Shown here piece after piece: positions 36,363 to 46,671 of a DNA stretch of 64,000 bases. Under the pieces are notes generated by a model. It saw only the letters and a list, made by a program, of their open reading frames with translations. It made no database searches and was not told the DNA's origin. The DNA is from Marinigracilibium pacificum (GTDB lineage: Bacteria > Bacteroidota > Bacteroidia > Cytophagales > Cyclobacteriaceae): assembly GCF_012926615.1 (NCBI RefSeq), contig NZ_JABBNU010000010.1, forward strand, positions 114,629 to 178,628. Reading direction: 5' to 3'. The translations under genes and the position numbers were made by a program. Numbering within the stretch: position 1 is the first letter of the stretch; the number at the start of each line of letters is the position of its first letter.

Positions 36363-39300
36363 TTAACTGCTTGGTTTTAACAACCCTCCTATTCTAGGAA
36401 GGATAGCAAAAATTGCTGCCATCGAACTGATTAATGCATTTATATCACTTAAGAAACTAACTTCACCAAAGCCTATAAACACTACCAAACTGAATATTAA
36501 AATTATCAACACAGACGATGTTGTACTCCAGGTCCCCCCTTCTCTTTTCTCAAGCTCCCTAGCTAAAGCCTCATCGCTATCCACATTTGAAAGGACAAAA
36601 TTTGCAAAGCTCTCATTCATTAATCTTAAGGATGAATCATACACCAAGATTCCTTTATGAAGCAGATCAATGATGCCATCTACATTATTGGTATTTACAA
36701 ATTTATCTTTGGCTATATCATAAACTGTATATCTCTCTTCTTTGGAGAGTGAATTCCAAATTGAAAAATAATAAGGGTAAACTATCTCCTGGATCAAAAG
36801 AATAATTTGATCATCAGGTATATTTGGATTCCTCCTCCTTTTATCTTTCTCCAAAACCTCCTTGAGCTTTATTAAATATTTCCCATTATTTAGCTCATGT
36901 TCGTATATATTATCGATATTTTCAAGGTGTTTATTCCCTTCATACTCAAATGGTATTGTAAGTCGATAAAAACCTCCCAAAAGATGTAGCCAACGTTTAT
37001 AATCAGTTCGATAACGAAATAAGACTTCTTGCTTTTCAACTTTTGCTTCTTTCTTAAGCCGCATCACCTCTTCCACACTTTGCATGGATACTTCATAAAA
37101 ATTGAAAATTTTAGATGGGCTAATTTCTGAGGAGATAATTACCCTGATATGTGGATTGTCTGTTAAACAACTTAATAAATCTAATTTGATTTTATTAAAC
37201 TCATAATCATTGAACCCCAATTCAAAATGTTCAATATATACATAAATGATATCAATATTTCTGTCTTCACAAGGATCCTTAAGACATGATACAAGACCTT
37301 TTATAGCATTTTCGGGAGCAATCGCAATTTTATTCCAAAATGATATTGAATAATAATCTATTTCATTTTTACCATCCTCATTCTTATTATCGTCACCAGA
37401 CGCTAAACCTACTCCTTCAATCTTATTTTTAATATCCAGGAAATCAATATTAATAAATGATTGATTAAAATCATCTCTCAATTTATTTCTGATAACAAAC
37501 AAATGAGATGCGTTTACTCCATTTAAAAAAATGTTATTAAATGAACTCTCATCGAGAGGAGATTTTTTTAGCTTATCAATCAAAAATTGACCAATTGAAT
37601 CAAGATTATTGATAGGAACCAAATTTTTCGCATATGATTTATATCGAAAACCATATATTTTAAATATGGAATATCTAATGATTAAAAATATACCAAATAA
37701 AAATATGCCACAGAGAATGATATAATAAACCCAATTATAATTTTCATAGAATATTCTTCCTCTTAATAGTGAAATACCAATACTATTAGTAATGGTGTTT
37801 TTCTTATTTGAAGAATTGCTCTCTTTTAAATATGCAGATGTGTTAAATCCATAATCATTAAACTCTACTCTAATTGTTGAATATAACTCCTTAAAGAGCG
37901 AGTCAGAAACTGAATTCACCCCTGAATACTGGATTTTTTTAGGTATTACTAATTCATGAAACCCCGTACTTGCCATTTCTTCAACAAACCTTTTTGCTTC
38001 ATATACTGTATAGTCTCCAATGAGATTAGAATTTAAATTTCGGTATTGTTTTAACTTTTGGTTTGCCCATCCATTATTTTGTGCTTCAAGATTAGTTTTA
38101 TTTGCTGCGAAAAGTATTTCAGCTTCGATTTGATTACTTATTGAATAAAAAATCAATGTTGGGACTACAGAAATCAAAACAATAAAGCTGAATAAATAGG
38201 AAATATATACATTATATGAATTTTTTATATGCTTATTTTTTTTCGTTCTCTTATACACTAAAAAAAGAACTGCAACTCCAAAATATATCAAGTAAAGACC
38301 CAAATCAATTAATTCATATGATTGACCTAATATCATAACCTTTACTAATATGAAAAAGGCATAAATACTTCCCAAGATCATTAATAAATATCGCGCCTTT
38401 ATAAACGATGAGTTTCTGAAGAAAATTCGCTTATGAAAAGGGGCATTTGGAACTAATAAAACATAATGAATTATGATTGTTGTCGTAGTATTAATTATTA
38501 AATCAAGAAACAGAATAACAGGCTGATGCACAAACAACCACAAAGTCAGATTCAAAATGATTACACTGAGATTAATTAATATTAGATTTAAATAAATAGG
38601 TTTAACAACATTAACATCTTCAAGCTGCGGTCTTAGCCAATTAAATGAAAATACCTGCAACTTCAACATTGATCCTTTATGATTAAAAAAATAAAGCAAA
38701 TAATACACCACAAGCAAAATCATAAAGAAGAGAAATTGAAATACGAAAGTTGTCGATAATATTATACTCTTAGGAGAGTTGACATAATCACTACTAATAA
38801 ATGTGGCTAAAAATAAACCTTCAATCTCAGGAATACTTTTTACAAATACAAAATGATACTTACCATGATATTCAGTAATCAGATTTATTCCACTTTTCGA
38901 ACCTTCAATTCTGTGGATATTAAAATCTGCCTCATCAATAAAATTTTCATTCAGATTCCTCGATATATCAGAATGAAAAATCGTTCTTCCAGTATTGTCA
39001 AAAACACAATATCCATACCCTGGCTCTACAATAGGCTCCATTAATGTTGCAGATGAGAAACTAGTAGCTATCATGCTACTTTCACTTACTTCTCTTCCAA
39101 ATCCTATCTCATAATTACCGTCTGTTACAGACCTTATTGATTCCAGATAATAATCATCTTTGTATCTGAATCCACTATCGGTAAAAGGACCTGATACATA
39201 ATTTCGATGCTTTAAATTTGGAACGGTTACCGGGTTCACTTCGCTTGAAAAAACTAAATAAGGAGTTCCTGTTCTATCTGCTTTGAAAACAGCATTGAAA

Positions 39301-40529
39301 TAACTAAAAGGACTATCCTTAGACACCTCTTTAGGAATTTTCCATGCATATTTAAATAAATTATTATTGCCTTTAACTAAATGTATATCAGGTATCCTAG
39401 CTAAACTTAAACTATCAAATAAATCTAAATTCTTTGAGGCATTATCTAATTCTTTATACAATTGTGTAGTAATCTTATTATAAAGTAATTCCAAATTTTT
39501 ATCCTGAGCTTTCTTCTCATTAATTAAATGGTCTATGAGAAATATTGAAATCAATACCAACAATGAACCAGCAAATAATACAGATATACCTGAAAATAAA
39601 ATATCCCTTATATACAGTCTCTCAAAAGTACTCATTACTCTAAGCTTGATTAATGGTAGCCCAATGAGTAAAAGTATTACTCCGATGACTGCAATTGTAA
39701 GAAACTGTACAGACACCTGTCTTTTGGAGTTATTCATTTTTTCGTCATCAACAAACCCTGACAAAATAACCTCCTCATTTCCACTAACTTCAATTCTTGT
39801 ATTAAAGGTTAGGTATTTTGATGCCCCCAGATCAACCTTAAATACTTCTTTGTTTTTCAATAACCCTAAGGAATCTCCAAAAGACAATATGCTACCTCCA
39901 GGTCGATTTGAGTAAAGCACATTTTGATTACTACCGTCAATCTGTGATATTAAAATAAAATCAAATACGTCTTTTCTTTCAATAAGATCAGACTTAAATA
40001 ACTTATTATAATTAATAAAACTGAATACTATAATTGGAATATTAGATATATTTTTCTTCTTAGATTCTAACAGCCTATCATATTTTATCTTTATACTATC
40101 CTCTTTGATAAGCCTAATTATTTCATCTGATTTATTAATTTTTTCTATATAAATTAGTTGTAACTGCTCATTTCCAAAATGAGCGTATTTATTTATCAAA
40201 TCTTTAGTATCATCAATTCCCTTCTCAGAATTAACTGATGTATATAGTAATATACCATTTATACCAAAACCAACATTAATATCACTATAGGTTAGATTAT
40301 TATCAGTCATTCCTTTGGTAAAAGAATTTTTTAACCTAGTCTCAAATATCCTTTTATTACCTTCAATTACCTGATGGAAATTTCTACTCATTTGAGTTAG
40401 CACCCTGAAATTATCATTTATTATTTCACGTTCTTTATCTTTTACAAAGACTAGAAAGTAATACATGAATACTAATGATACCAGTAATACTGTTGTAATA
40501 ATCACCCAACCTTTATTTGATATTTTCAT
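36363..40529 (-). CDS. large (1388 aa) polytopic membrane protein of unknown function
   Basis: N-terminal TM, then ~250 aa hydrophilic, 2-3 TM, ~250 aa hydrophilic (Cache-like sensor?), a cluster of ~8 TM (aa ~590-960), a ~380 aa hydrophilic domain and two C-terminal TM. No Walker, HK, GGDEF, EAL or other recognisable catalytic motifs. Confidence 0.6.
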   Translation of the reverse strand: MKISNKGWVIITTVLLVSLVFMYYFLVFVKDKEREIINDNFRVLTQMSRNFHQVIEGNKRIFETRLKNSFTKGMTDNNLTYSDINVGFGINGILLYTSVNSEKGIDDTKDLINKYAHFGNEQLQLIYIEKINKSDEIIRLIKEDSIKIKYDRLLESKKKNISNIPIIVFSFINYNKLFKSDLIERKDVFDFILISQIDGSNQNVLYSNRPGGSILSFGDSLGLLKNKEVFKVDLGASKYLTFNTRIEVSGNEEVILSGFVDDEKMNNSKRQVSVQFLTIAVIGVILLLIGLPLIKLRVMSTFERLYIRDILFSGISVLFAGSLLVLISIFLIDHLINEKKAQDKNLELLYNKITTQLYKELDNASKNLDLFDSLSLARIPDIHLVKGNNNLFKYAWKIPKEVSKDSPFSYFNAVFKADRTGTPYLVFSSEVNPVTVPNLKHRNYVSGPFTDSGFRYKDDYYLESIRSVTDGNYEIGFGREVSESSMIATSFSSATLMEPIVEPGYGYCVFDNTGRTIFHSDISRNLNENFIDEADFNIHRIEGSKSGINLITEYHGKYHFVFVKSIPEIEGLFLATFISSDYVNSPKSIILSTTFVFQFLFFMILLVVYYLLYFFNHKGSMLKLQVFSFNWLRPQLEDVNVVKPIYLNLILINLSVIILNLTLWLFVHQPVILFLDLIINTTTTIIIHYVLLVPNAPFHKRIFFRNSSFIKARYLLMILGSIYAFFILVKVMILGQSYELIDLGLYLIYFGVAVLFLVYKRTKKNKHIKNSYNVYISYLFSFIVLISVVPTLIFYSISNQIEAEILFAANKTNLEAQNNGWANQKLKQYRNLNSNLIGDYTVYEAKRFVEEMASTGFHELVIPKKIQYSGVNSVSDSLFKELYSTIRVEFNDYGFNTSAYLKESNSSNKKNTITNSIGISLLRGRIFYENYNWVYYIILCGIFLFGIFLIIRYSIFKIYGFRYKSYAKNLVPINNLDSIGQFLIDKLKKSPLDESSFNNIFLNGVNASHLFVIRNKLRDDFNQSFINIDFLDIKNKIEGVGLASGDDNKNEDGKNEIDYYSISFWNKIAIAPENAIKGLVSCLKDPCEDRNIDIIYVYIEHFELGFNDYEFNKIKLDLLSCLTDNPHIRVIISSEISPSKIFNFYEVSMQSVEEVMRLKKEAKVEKQEVLFRYRTDYKRWLHLLGGFYRLTIPFEYEGNKHLENIDNIYEHELNNGKYLIKLKEVLEKDKRRRNPNIPDDQIILLIQEIVYPYYFSIWNSLSKEERYTVYDIAKDKFVNTNNVDGIIDLLHKGILVYDSSLRLMNESFANFVLSNVDSDEALARELEKREGGTWSTTSSVLIILIFSLVVFIGFGEVSFLSDINALISSMAAIFAILPRIGGLLKPSS

Positions 40530-40743
40530 AGAAATTATTGGGGTATTTAATAAAATATAATCGTTATACTATTAAACATTTGTCTCTAGTTTTAAAGTAA
40601 TCATAACAATAGTTAATAGTAGGTATTAACAATATAGCAAAATTCTCGTATTAGAATAACGGTTAAGGATATATTTAACAGGTAATTATCAATAAATAAG
40701 AGCAAGACGAGACAAATGCATTACTGTATTAAACATAAATCTA

Positions 40744-41424
40744 TTAATCTGTTAAAAATTCAACTGCCATTTGAATATGTAAATTGGTAGTTGATAAAGT
40801 TGGTATATCAATATTATCATCTTTAAGTAGTAAAGGCAACTCTGTACAGCCCAATATCATCCCTTCTGCACCTCTCTTCCTTAATTCCTCCATTTGATTA
40901 TTATAAAAATCTCTGGCTTCTTTGGAAAATACTCCCCTCGTAAGCTCTTTTGAAACATAGTAATGACTCTTTTCAAGTGAGTGTCCTTCTGGAATTATTA
41001 CCTCAATTCCATATTTCCTCTTTAAATAACCTGAGATAAAGTCTCCGGTCATTGTTGGTTTGTTCCCAAGTAATCCCAGCACCTTCAATCCCTGATTTTT
41101 AGCTTCCAGACCAATTGCATCTCCAATATGTAATATCGGAATGCTAATTTTTGGTTGAACATACTCATATACCAAATGTGGGGTATTGGCGCAAATAATT
41201 ATTCCATCGGCGCCGTCGTGTTCCAATTGATGTGAAATTTTTAGATACCTGGACTTGATCTTGTCAATATCCATCCCCCTCATTAATTCGATATTGATAC
41301 TATACAAAATAAGCTCAGGATTACCCTGAGAGCCGATAATTTCAGATACCCTTCTATTTATTTCCTGATAATACTCAACTGTTGAGTACCATGATGTTCC
41401 TCCTATCATCCCGAGTGTTTTCAT
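40744..41424 (-). CDS. aspartate/glutamate racemase-family protein
   Basis: MKTLGMIGGTSWYSTVEYYQEINRR N-terminus. Second-half Cys motif GCTELPLL. Confidence 0.8.
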   Translation of the reverse strand: MKTLGMIGGTSWYSTVEYYQEINRRVSEIIGSQGNPELILYSINIELMRGMDIDKIKSRYLKISHQLEHDGADGIIICANTPHLVYEYVQPKISIPILHIGDAIGLEAKNQGLKVLGLLGNKPTMTGDFISGYLKRKYGIEVIIPEGHSLEKSHYYVSKELTRGVFSKEARDFYNNQMEELRKRGAEGMILGCTELPLLLKDDNIDIPTLSTTNLHIQMAVEFLTD

Positions 41425-41483
41425 AGTATTTAATTTATTACTAATAGTTCACTTTTAAAGTGATTTAACACACATAATTTTAA

Positions 41484-41915
41484 ATGTTACTTAACTATAT
41501 TGTAGCTTTAAATATGATTGAAGAAAAGCTCCAATATAGAAATATCAGACCAACAGCAATGCGTATATTGGTTCTAAAGCAATTACTTGACAGTGATTCT
41601 GCAATGAGTCTTTCTGATCTTGAAGAATCACTTGAAAACGCAGATAAAGCAACTCTTTACCGTACTCTTAAAAAATTTGAAGAAAATCAACTTATCCATA
41701 GCATCGACGATGGCTCCGGATCACTAAAATATGCTCCTTGCAATGAAAATTGTAACTGCGAAACAAATGACCAGCATGTCCATTTTCATTGTGAATCATG
41801 CCAAAAAACCTATTGCATAACAAATATTGGTATTCCTAATCTAAACCTGCCAAAAGGATTTATTCCATCATCAGCTAACATGGTCTTTAAAGGAAACTGT
41901 TCTTCATGTTCATGA
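41484..41915 (+). CDS. Fur-family (Fur/Zur-like) metalloregulator with C-terminal Cys/His cluster
   Basis: RPTAMRILVLKQLLDS...LYRTLKKFEENQLI winged helix. C-terminal CNENCNC...HFHCESCQKTYC. True start may be at 41514. Confidence 0.7.
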   Translation: MLLNYIVALNMIEEKLQYRNIRPTAMRILVLKQLLDSDSAMSLSDLEESLENADKATLYRTLKKFEENQLIHSIDDGSGSLKYAPCNENCNCETNDQHVHFHCESCQKTYCITNIGIPNLNLPKGFIPSSANMVFKGNCSSCS

Positions 41916-41958
41916 ACTTTGCAATCTGGTTGCAATTCTTTTTTTGTACATTTGAATT

Positions 41959-42267
41959 GTGAAGATAATTGCACACATATTGATTGCACTAACACTCATT
42001 CTTTCTTTTATCCCTTGTGATGATAGACATGATTCTCATAATGAGACTGAAGTGGCACTATATGATTCAGCAGATCACGACCATAACCAGGATGTCGAAA
42101 ACTGCTCCCCTTTATGTATTTGCAATTGTTGTCATTCACACTTAATCATCAATCAATTTAAATTCTTCCCTAAAATACAAAATTTCAATTCTGATTTTAA
42201 TTCTTTTTATTTTACCCAATTAATCGAAGGTTTTTCTGGCCTTCCACTCCAACCTCCCAGGGCATAA
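41959..42267 (+). CDS. small Cys/His-rich membrane-anchored protein preceding czcA (putative metal-binding)
   Basis: N-terminal helix. DDRHDSHNETE...DHDHNQDVENCSPLCICNCCHSH. Confidence 0.5.
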   Translation: MKIIAHILIALTLILSFIPCDDRHDSHNETEVALYDSADHDHNQDVENCSPLCICNCCHSHLIINQFKFFPKIQNFNSDFNSFYFTQLIEGFSGLPLQPPRA

Positions 42268-42332
42268 TTTACTTAATTCATTCAATCGTTTTTTAACAAT
42301 TATTCATCAAAAGATAATAATCAGATATTACT

Positions 42333-45300
42333 ATGATTAATAAAATCATTGAATTTTCTATTCATAATAAACTGGTCATTGGTTTACTAACCACCGGTAT
42401 GATTATAGCCGGCTTATGGAGCCTGACGAAGGTTCCATTAGACGCTGTTCCGGATATCACCAACAACCAGGTACAAATTATCACCCAGGCTCCCAATCTT
42501 GGTACAGAGGATATTGAACAGTTTATAACTTATCCGATCGAAATTGAAATGGCAAACCTGCCGGGAGTACTGGAAATCAGGTCTATATCAAGGTTCGGAT
42601 TATCGCTGGTAACTCTTGTATTCGAAGATGATATGGAAACATACCTCCCCCGACAGCTTGTCTCTGAAAAGTTAATAGCAGTATCCAAAGAAATTCCGGA
42701 AGGATTCGGAAAGCCGGATATCGGACCTATATCAACAGGATTAAGTGAAATTTATCAGTATACACTCAGTGTTGATCCAAAGTTCAAGGATAAATACTCT
42801 ATTACTGAGCTTAGGACTATACAAGACTGGATTATCAAAAGGCAAATGGCAATGGTTCCGGGAGTTGTTGAAGTCAATGCCTTTGGTGGAAAGATCAAGC
42901 AATATGAGGTTTCCGTTGATCCTGAAGAGCTTAAATCTATTGGCCTGACTATTACAGATATATTTACAGCTCTGGAAGAAAACAATCAAAATACCGGTGG
43001 AGCCTATATTGAAAAAGATCATCAGGCGAATTTTATCCGTGGAGAAGGACTTGCCCGAAGTTTATCAGACATTGAAAATATCGTGATAAAAAATATCGGG
43101 GGAATTCCGATTACTATCAAGGACATCGCTCAGGTAAAATTTGGTCATGCAATAAGATATGGTGCCCTTACTAAAAATGGAAATGGAGAAACTGTTGGTG
43201 GCATGATCTTGATGCTCAAAGGAGCAAATTCAAATAAGGTAATTGAGGCAGTAAAAGATAGAATGGATGAAATTCAACGTTCATTACCTGAAGGAATCAC
43301 AATTGAGCCATTTCTTGATCGTAGCGAACTAATTTCAAACACAACAAGTACTATAAGCAGAAACCTAATCGAAGGTGCCTTGATTGTCATTTTCATTCTG
43401 GTTTTACTTTTGGGCAACTGGCGCGGAGGACTTATTGTAGCTTCTACCATTCCCCTTTCCCTCCTTTTTGCATTTATTCTTATGAATGTATTCGATGTCT
43501 GGGCAAATTTGATGAGTCTTGGAGCAATCGATTTTGGTATTATCGTTGACGGAGCAGTTATAATTGTAGAGGGTACAGTTTTTCTTCTTCACCAAAAAAT
43601 CTTAAACAAGAATACCCTCAATAAGGAAGAAAGAAACAAGACAGCCTACGAAGCTTCAAGTAAAATGATGAATGCGGCTTTCTTTGGCCAGCTAATTATC
43701 CTGATCGTGTTTATACCGATCCTGGCATTGGAAGGTGTGGAAGGAAAAATGTTCCAGCCGATGGCATTAACTTTTATGTTTGCCATGATTGGAGTTATGT
43801 TACTTTGTCTCACATACGTCCCTATGATGTCTTCTTTATTTCTTAGGGTAAAACAAAATGAAAAACCCTCTTTTGGAGACAAAATCGTAACATTTTTAGA
43901 AAAAAAGTATGAACAAGCCTTAACGAAAGCATTAAAAATACCTGGGTTTATTATTGGAGTTGCAATTTCTCTGTTAGTAATATCTGTATTACTGTTTTCA
44001 CGCATGGGTGGAGAGTTTATACCTCAATTAGATGAAGGAGACATTGCTTTTCATATCATTTTAAAACCCGGAAGTTCATTGACTGAATCTGTTAAAGCAT
44101 CAACGAAAGTTGAGAAAATATTACTTGATAATTTTCCGGAAATTGAACAAGTAATTTCAAGGTTTGGTGTTGCTGATGTTCCGACAGATCCAATGCCAAT
44201 GGACATTGCCGATTGTTTTATTATTCTAAAACCAAAAGATGAATGGGTTTCGGCCAAATCAAAAGAGGACCTGATCAACAAGATCAAAGAAAAGATTGAA
44301 ATAATCCCTGGTCTGACATACGAGTTTACACAACCTATCGAAATGAGGTTCAACGAGTTAATTACCGGAGTTAGAGAGGATATTGCTGTAAAACTATATG
44401 GTGAAGATCTGGAACTACTAGCCTCTAAAGCCGAAGAAATGGGGAAAATTATTTCGTCTATTGATGGTGTCGGGGATATGCGTGTAGAAGCAACAAGTGG
44501 ACTTCCACAGATAACTATTAACTATAATCGATCGAAATTAGCTCAATACGGCATCAATATAGATGAAGTTAATACGACAATTCAAACTGCCTTTGCAGGA
44601 CGTGAAGCCGGTGTAATTTTCGAAGGTGAAAAACGGTTTGACCTGGTTGTCAGGCTTAATGAAAAGAACCGGCAGAATATTGATGACATTAAAAATCTGT
44701 ATATCAACCTTCCTAATGGGTCGCAAATTCCTTTAAAGGAAGTAACAACAATAAGTTACCAGCCAGGCCCCATGCAGATAAGTAGAGATAATACAAATAG
44801 AAGAGTTTATGTTGGTATTAATGTCAGAGGAAGGGATATAAAATCATTAGTTGAAGAAATAAAAGCTACACTAAACGACCGTCTTGACCTGCCACCTGGA
44901 TACTACATTCGGTATGGTGGTGCGTTTGAAAACTTCGACAGAGCTTTTAAAAGACTAAAGTTGGTTGTCCCGATTGCACTGATTTTAATCTTCATTTTAA
45001 TCTTCTTTGCTTTAAATTCCATGAAGCAGACTTTCATGATTTATGGAGCGATTCCAATGGCTGCAATTGGAGGAATACTAGCTCTCTGGCTTAGAGATAT
45101 GCCTTTTAGTATATCTGCAGGAGTTGGATTTGTGGTGCTTTTTGGTGTGGCAGTTCTGAATGGACTCGTTCTTATAAGCAGCTGGAATGAAATAAAGACA
45201 AGCGAAAGCTTTAACCTAACAGAGAGAATCATGGTTGGTACCAAAAGAAGAATAAGACCAATTTTATTAACAGCATTGACTGATATTCTTGGATTCTTGC

Positions 45301-46664
45301 CAATGGCAATCTCAAAAGGTTCCGGTGCTGAGGTGCAACGACCATTGGCAACTGTAGTTATCGGAGGAATGATCAGTGCAACTCTACTAACTCTATTTGT
45401 ACTTCCTATTCTTTATCAATGGCTCGAAAAGAAATATTCTTTCAATAAAAAGACTACACTTTTAAGTATTGCTGTGATTATGCTATTTATTAATCCACTT
45501 ACTATAAAGGCTCAGGATTCTGACTCACTGTATCAAATTAGTCTGGATTCAGCAATAAACAGGGCAATACAATTATATCCTGAAATTAAGTCATCTAGAA
45601 TGGAAATTGACAAACAGGAATCTCTCAAGAAAACAGCCTGGGAGCTTGGTAACACTCAGTTTTATACTGCCGGAGAAGAAATTGGCAATAATCAGGACGG
45701 TGTAACTACTGTATTTGGAATTCAGCAGCAAAACATTAATATCTTTGGAGTTCCTTCCAAATCAAAGCTACAAACAAAGCAAATCAACTTTGCTGAAGCA
45801 GCATTGGAACTATCATCCAGACAAATCGAGTTAGAAGTTAAACAGCAGTATATCAGATTGTTTAGATCAATCAAAGTATTGAATCTTTACAATTCACTTG
45901 ACTCAGTATTTAATGAATTCGAAAGAGCTGCCAAAATCAGGTATGAAACCGAAGAATCATCTCGATTGGAATACCTCGCAGCTGTAAATCAGGCAAAACA
46001 AATAAAGATCCAAAAAGATCAAAGGCTTTATGACCTGATGATTGAGCTTTCAAAATTCAATCTCTGGATGGTAAGTGACACCATTTTTACAGTGCAAACA
46101 CAAATTATCGAACAAAGTAATGATATCTTGACTGGTCAGGTCATTCCGAATGATCATCCAATACTAAATCTGGCAAGAAAAGAAAATGAAGTTGCAGAAC
46201 AGCAGGTAAATACACTACGTGCTGATTTACTACCCAAATTAAATGTTCAATATGGCTGGCAGGAGATTAACAATCAGTCAGGATTTTACCAGTATCAATT
46301 TGGTCTTTCAATTCCTCTGTTTTTTATGCAGAATAGTGGTAAAATTCAAGCTGCAAAAATCAGCCAGCTACAGACTGAACAAAATCTGGTTCAAAAAGAA
46401 ATGGAACTTACTACCACCCTTTCTGCATCATACAATGAATTTCTAAAATGGAAAAGGTCCTGGGAATATTACAATGATGAAGCTCTGGAATTAGCTGAGG
46501 AGCAATTCAATGGGGCTGTATTGTCATATCGTGAAGGTGCAATTGATTATGTAGCCTTTTTACAAAATATACAAAGTGCCATTTCAATAGAAATAGATGC
46601 CTGGAATGCATATGAAATGTATATGACATCAAAATTCAAGGTTGAATATTTATTGAACAAATAA
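42333..46664 (+). CDS. czcA: CzcA/CusA-family heavy-metal efflux RND pump fused to a C-terminal TolC/CzcC-like outer-membrane factor domain
   Basis: First ~1040 aa: 12-TM HME-RND (VPLDAVPDITNNQVQI, AIDFGIIVDGAVIIVEG). Last ~400 aa is coiled-coil rich with OEP-like heptads after an extra signal-like segment (SIAVIMLFINPLTIKAQD). Confidence 0.75.
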   Translation: MINKIIEFSIHNKLVIGLLTTGMIIAGLWSLTKVPLDAVPDITNNQVQIITQAPNLGTEDIEQFITYPIEIEMANLPGVLEIRSISRFGLSLVTLVFEDDMETYLPRQLVSEKLIAVSKEIPEGFGKPDIGPISTGLSEIYQYTLSVDPKFKDKYSITELRTIQDWIIKRQMAMVPGVVEVNAFGGKIKQYEVSVDPEELKSIGLTITDIFTALEENNQNTGGAYIEKDHQANFIRGEGLARSLSDIENIVIKNIGGIPITIKDIAQVKFGHAIRYGALTKNGNGETVGGMILMLKGANSNKVIEAVKDRMDEIQRSLPEGITIEPFLDRSELISNTTSTISRNLIEGALIVIFILVLLLGNWRGGLIVASTIPLSLLFAFILMNVFDVWANLMSLGAIDFGIIVDGAVIIVEGTVFLLHQKILNKNTLNKEERNKTAYEASSKMMNAAFFGQLIILIVFIPILALEGVEGKMFQPMALTFMFAMIGVMLLCLTYVPMMSSLFLRVKQNEKPSFGDKIVTFLEKKYEQALTKALKIPGFIIGVAISLLVISVLLFSRMGGEFIPQLDEGDIAFHIILKPGSSLTESVKASTKVEKILLDNFPEIEQVISRFGVADVPTDPMPMDIADCFIILKPKDEWVSAKSKEDLINKIKEKIEIIPGLTYEFTQPIEMRFNELITGVREDIAVKLYGEDLELLASKAEEMGKIISSIDGVGDMRVEATSGLPQITINYNRSKLAQYGINIDEVNTTIQTAFAGREAGVIFEGEKRFDLVVRLNEKNRQNIDDIKNLYINLPNGSQIPLKEVTTISYQPGPMQISRDNTNRRVYVGINVRGRDIKSLVEEIKATLNDRLDLPPGYYIRYGGAFENFDRAFKRLKLVVPIALILIFILIFFALNSMKQTFMIYGAIPMAAIGGILALWLRDMPFSISAGVGFVVLFGVAVLNGLVLISSWNEIKTSESFNLTERIMVGTKRRIRPILLTALTDILGFLPMAISKGSGAEVQRPLATVVIGGMISATLLTLFVLPILYQWLEKKYSFNKKTTLLSIAVIMLFINPLTIKAQDSDSLYQISLDSAINRAIQLYPEIKSSRMEIDKQESLKKTAWELGNTQFYTAGEEIGNNQDGVTTVFGIQQQNINIFGVPSKSKLQTKQINFAEAALELSSRQIELEVKQQYIRLFRSIKVLNLYNSLDSVFNEFERAAKIRYETEESSRLEYLAAVNQAKQIKIQKDQRLYDLMIELSKFNLWMVSDTIFTVQTQIIEQSNDILTGQVIPNDHPILNLARKENEVAEQQVNTLRADLLPKLNVQYGWQEINNQSGFYQYQFGLSIPLFFMQNSGKIQAAKISQLQTEQNLVQKEMELTTTLSASYNEFLKWKRSWEYYNDEALELAEEQFNGAVLSYREGAIDYVAFLQNIQSAISIEIDAWNAYEMYMTSKFKVEYLLNK

Positions 46665-46671
46665 TCCAAAA

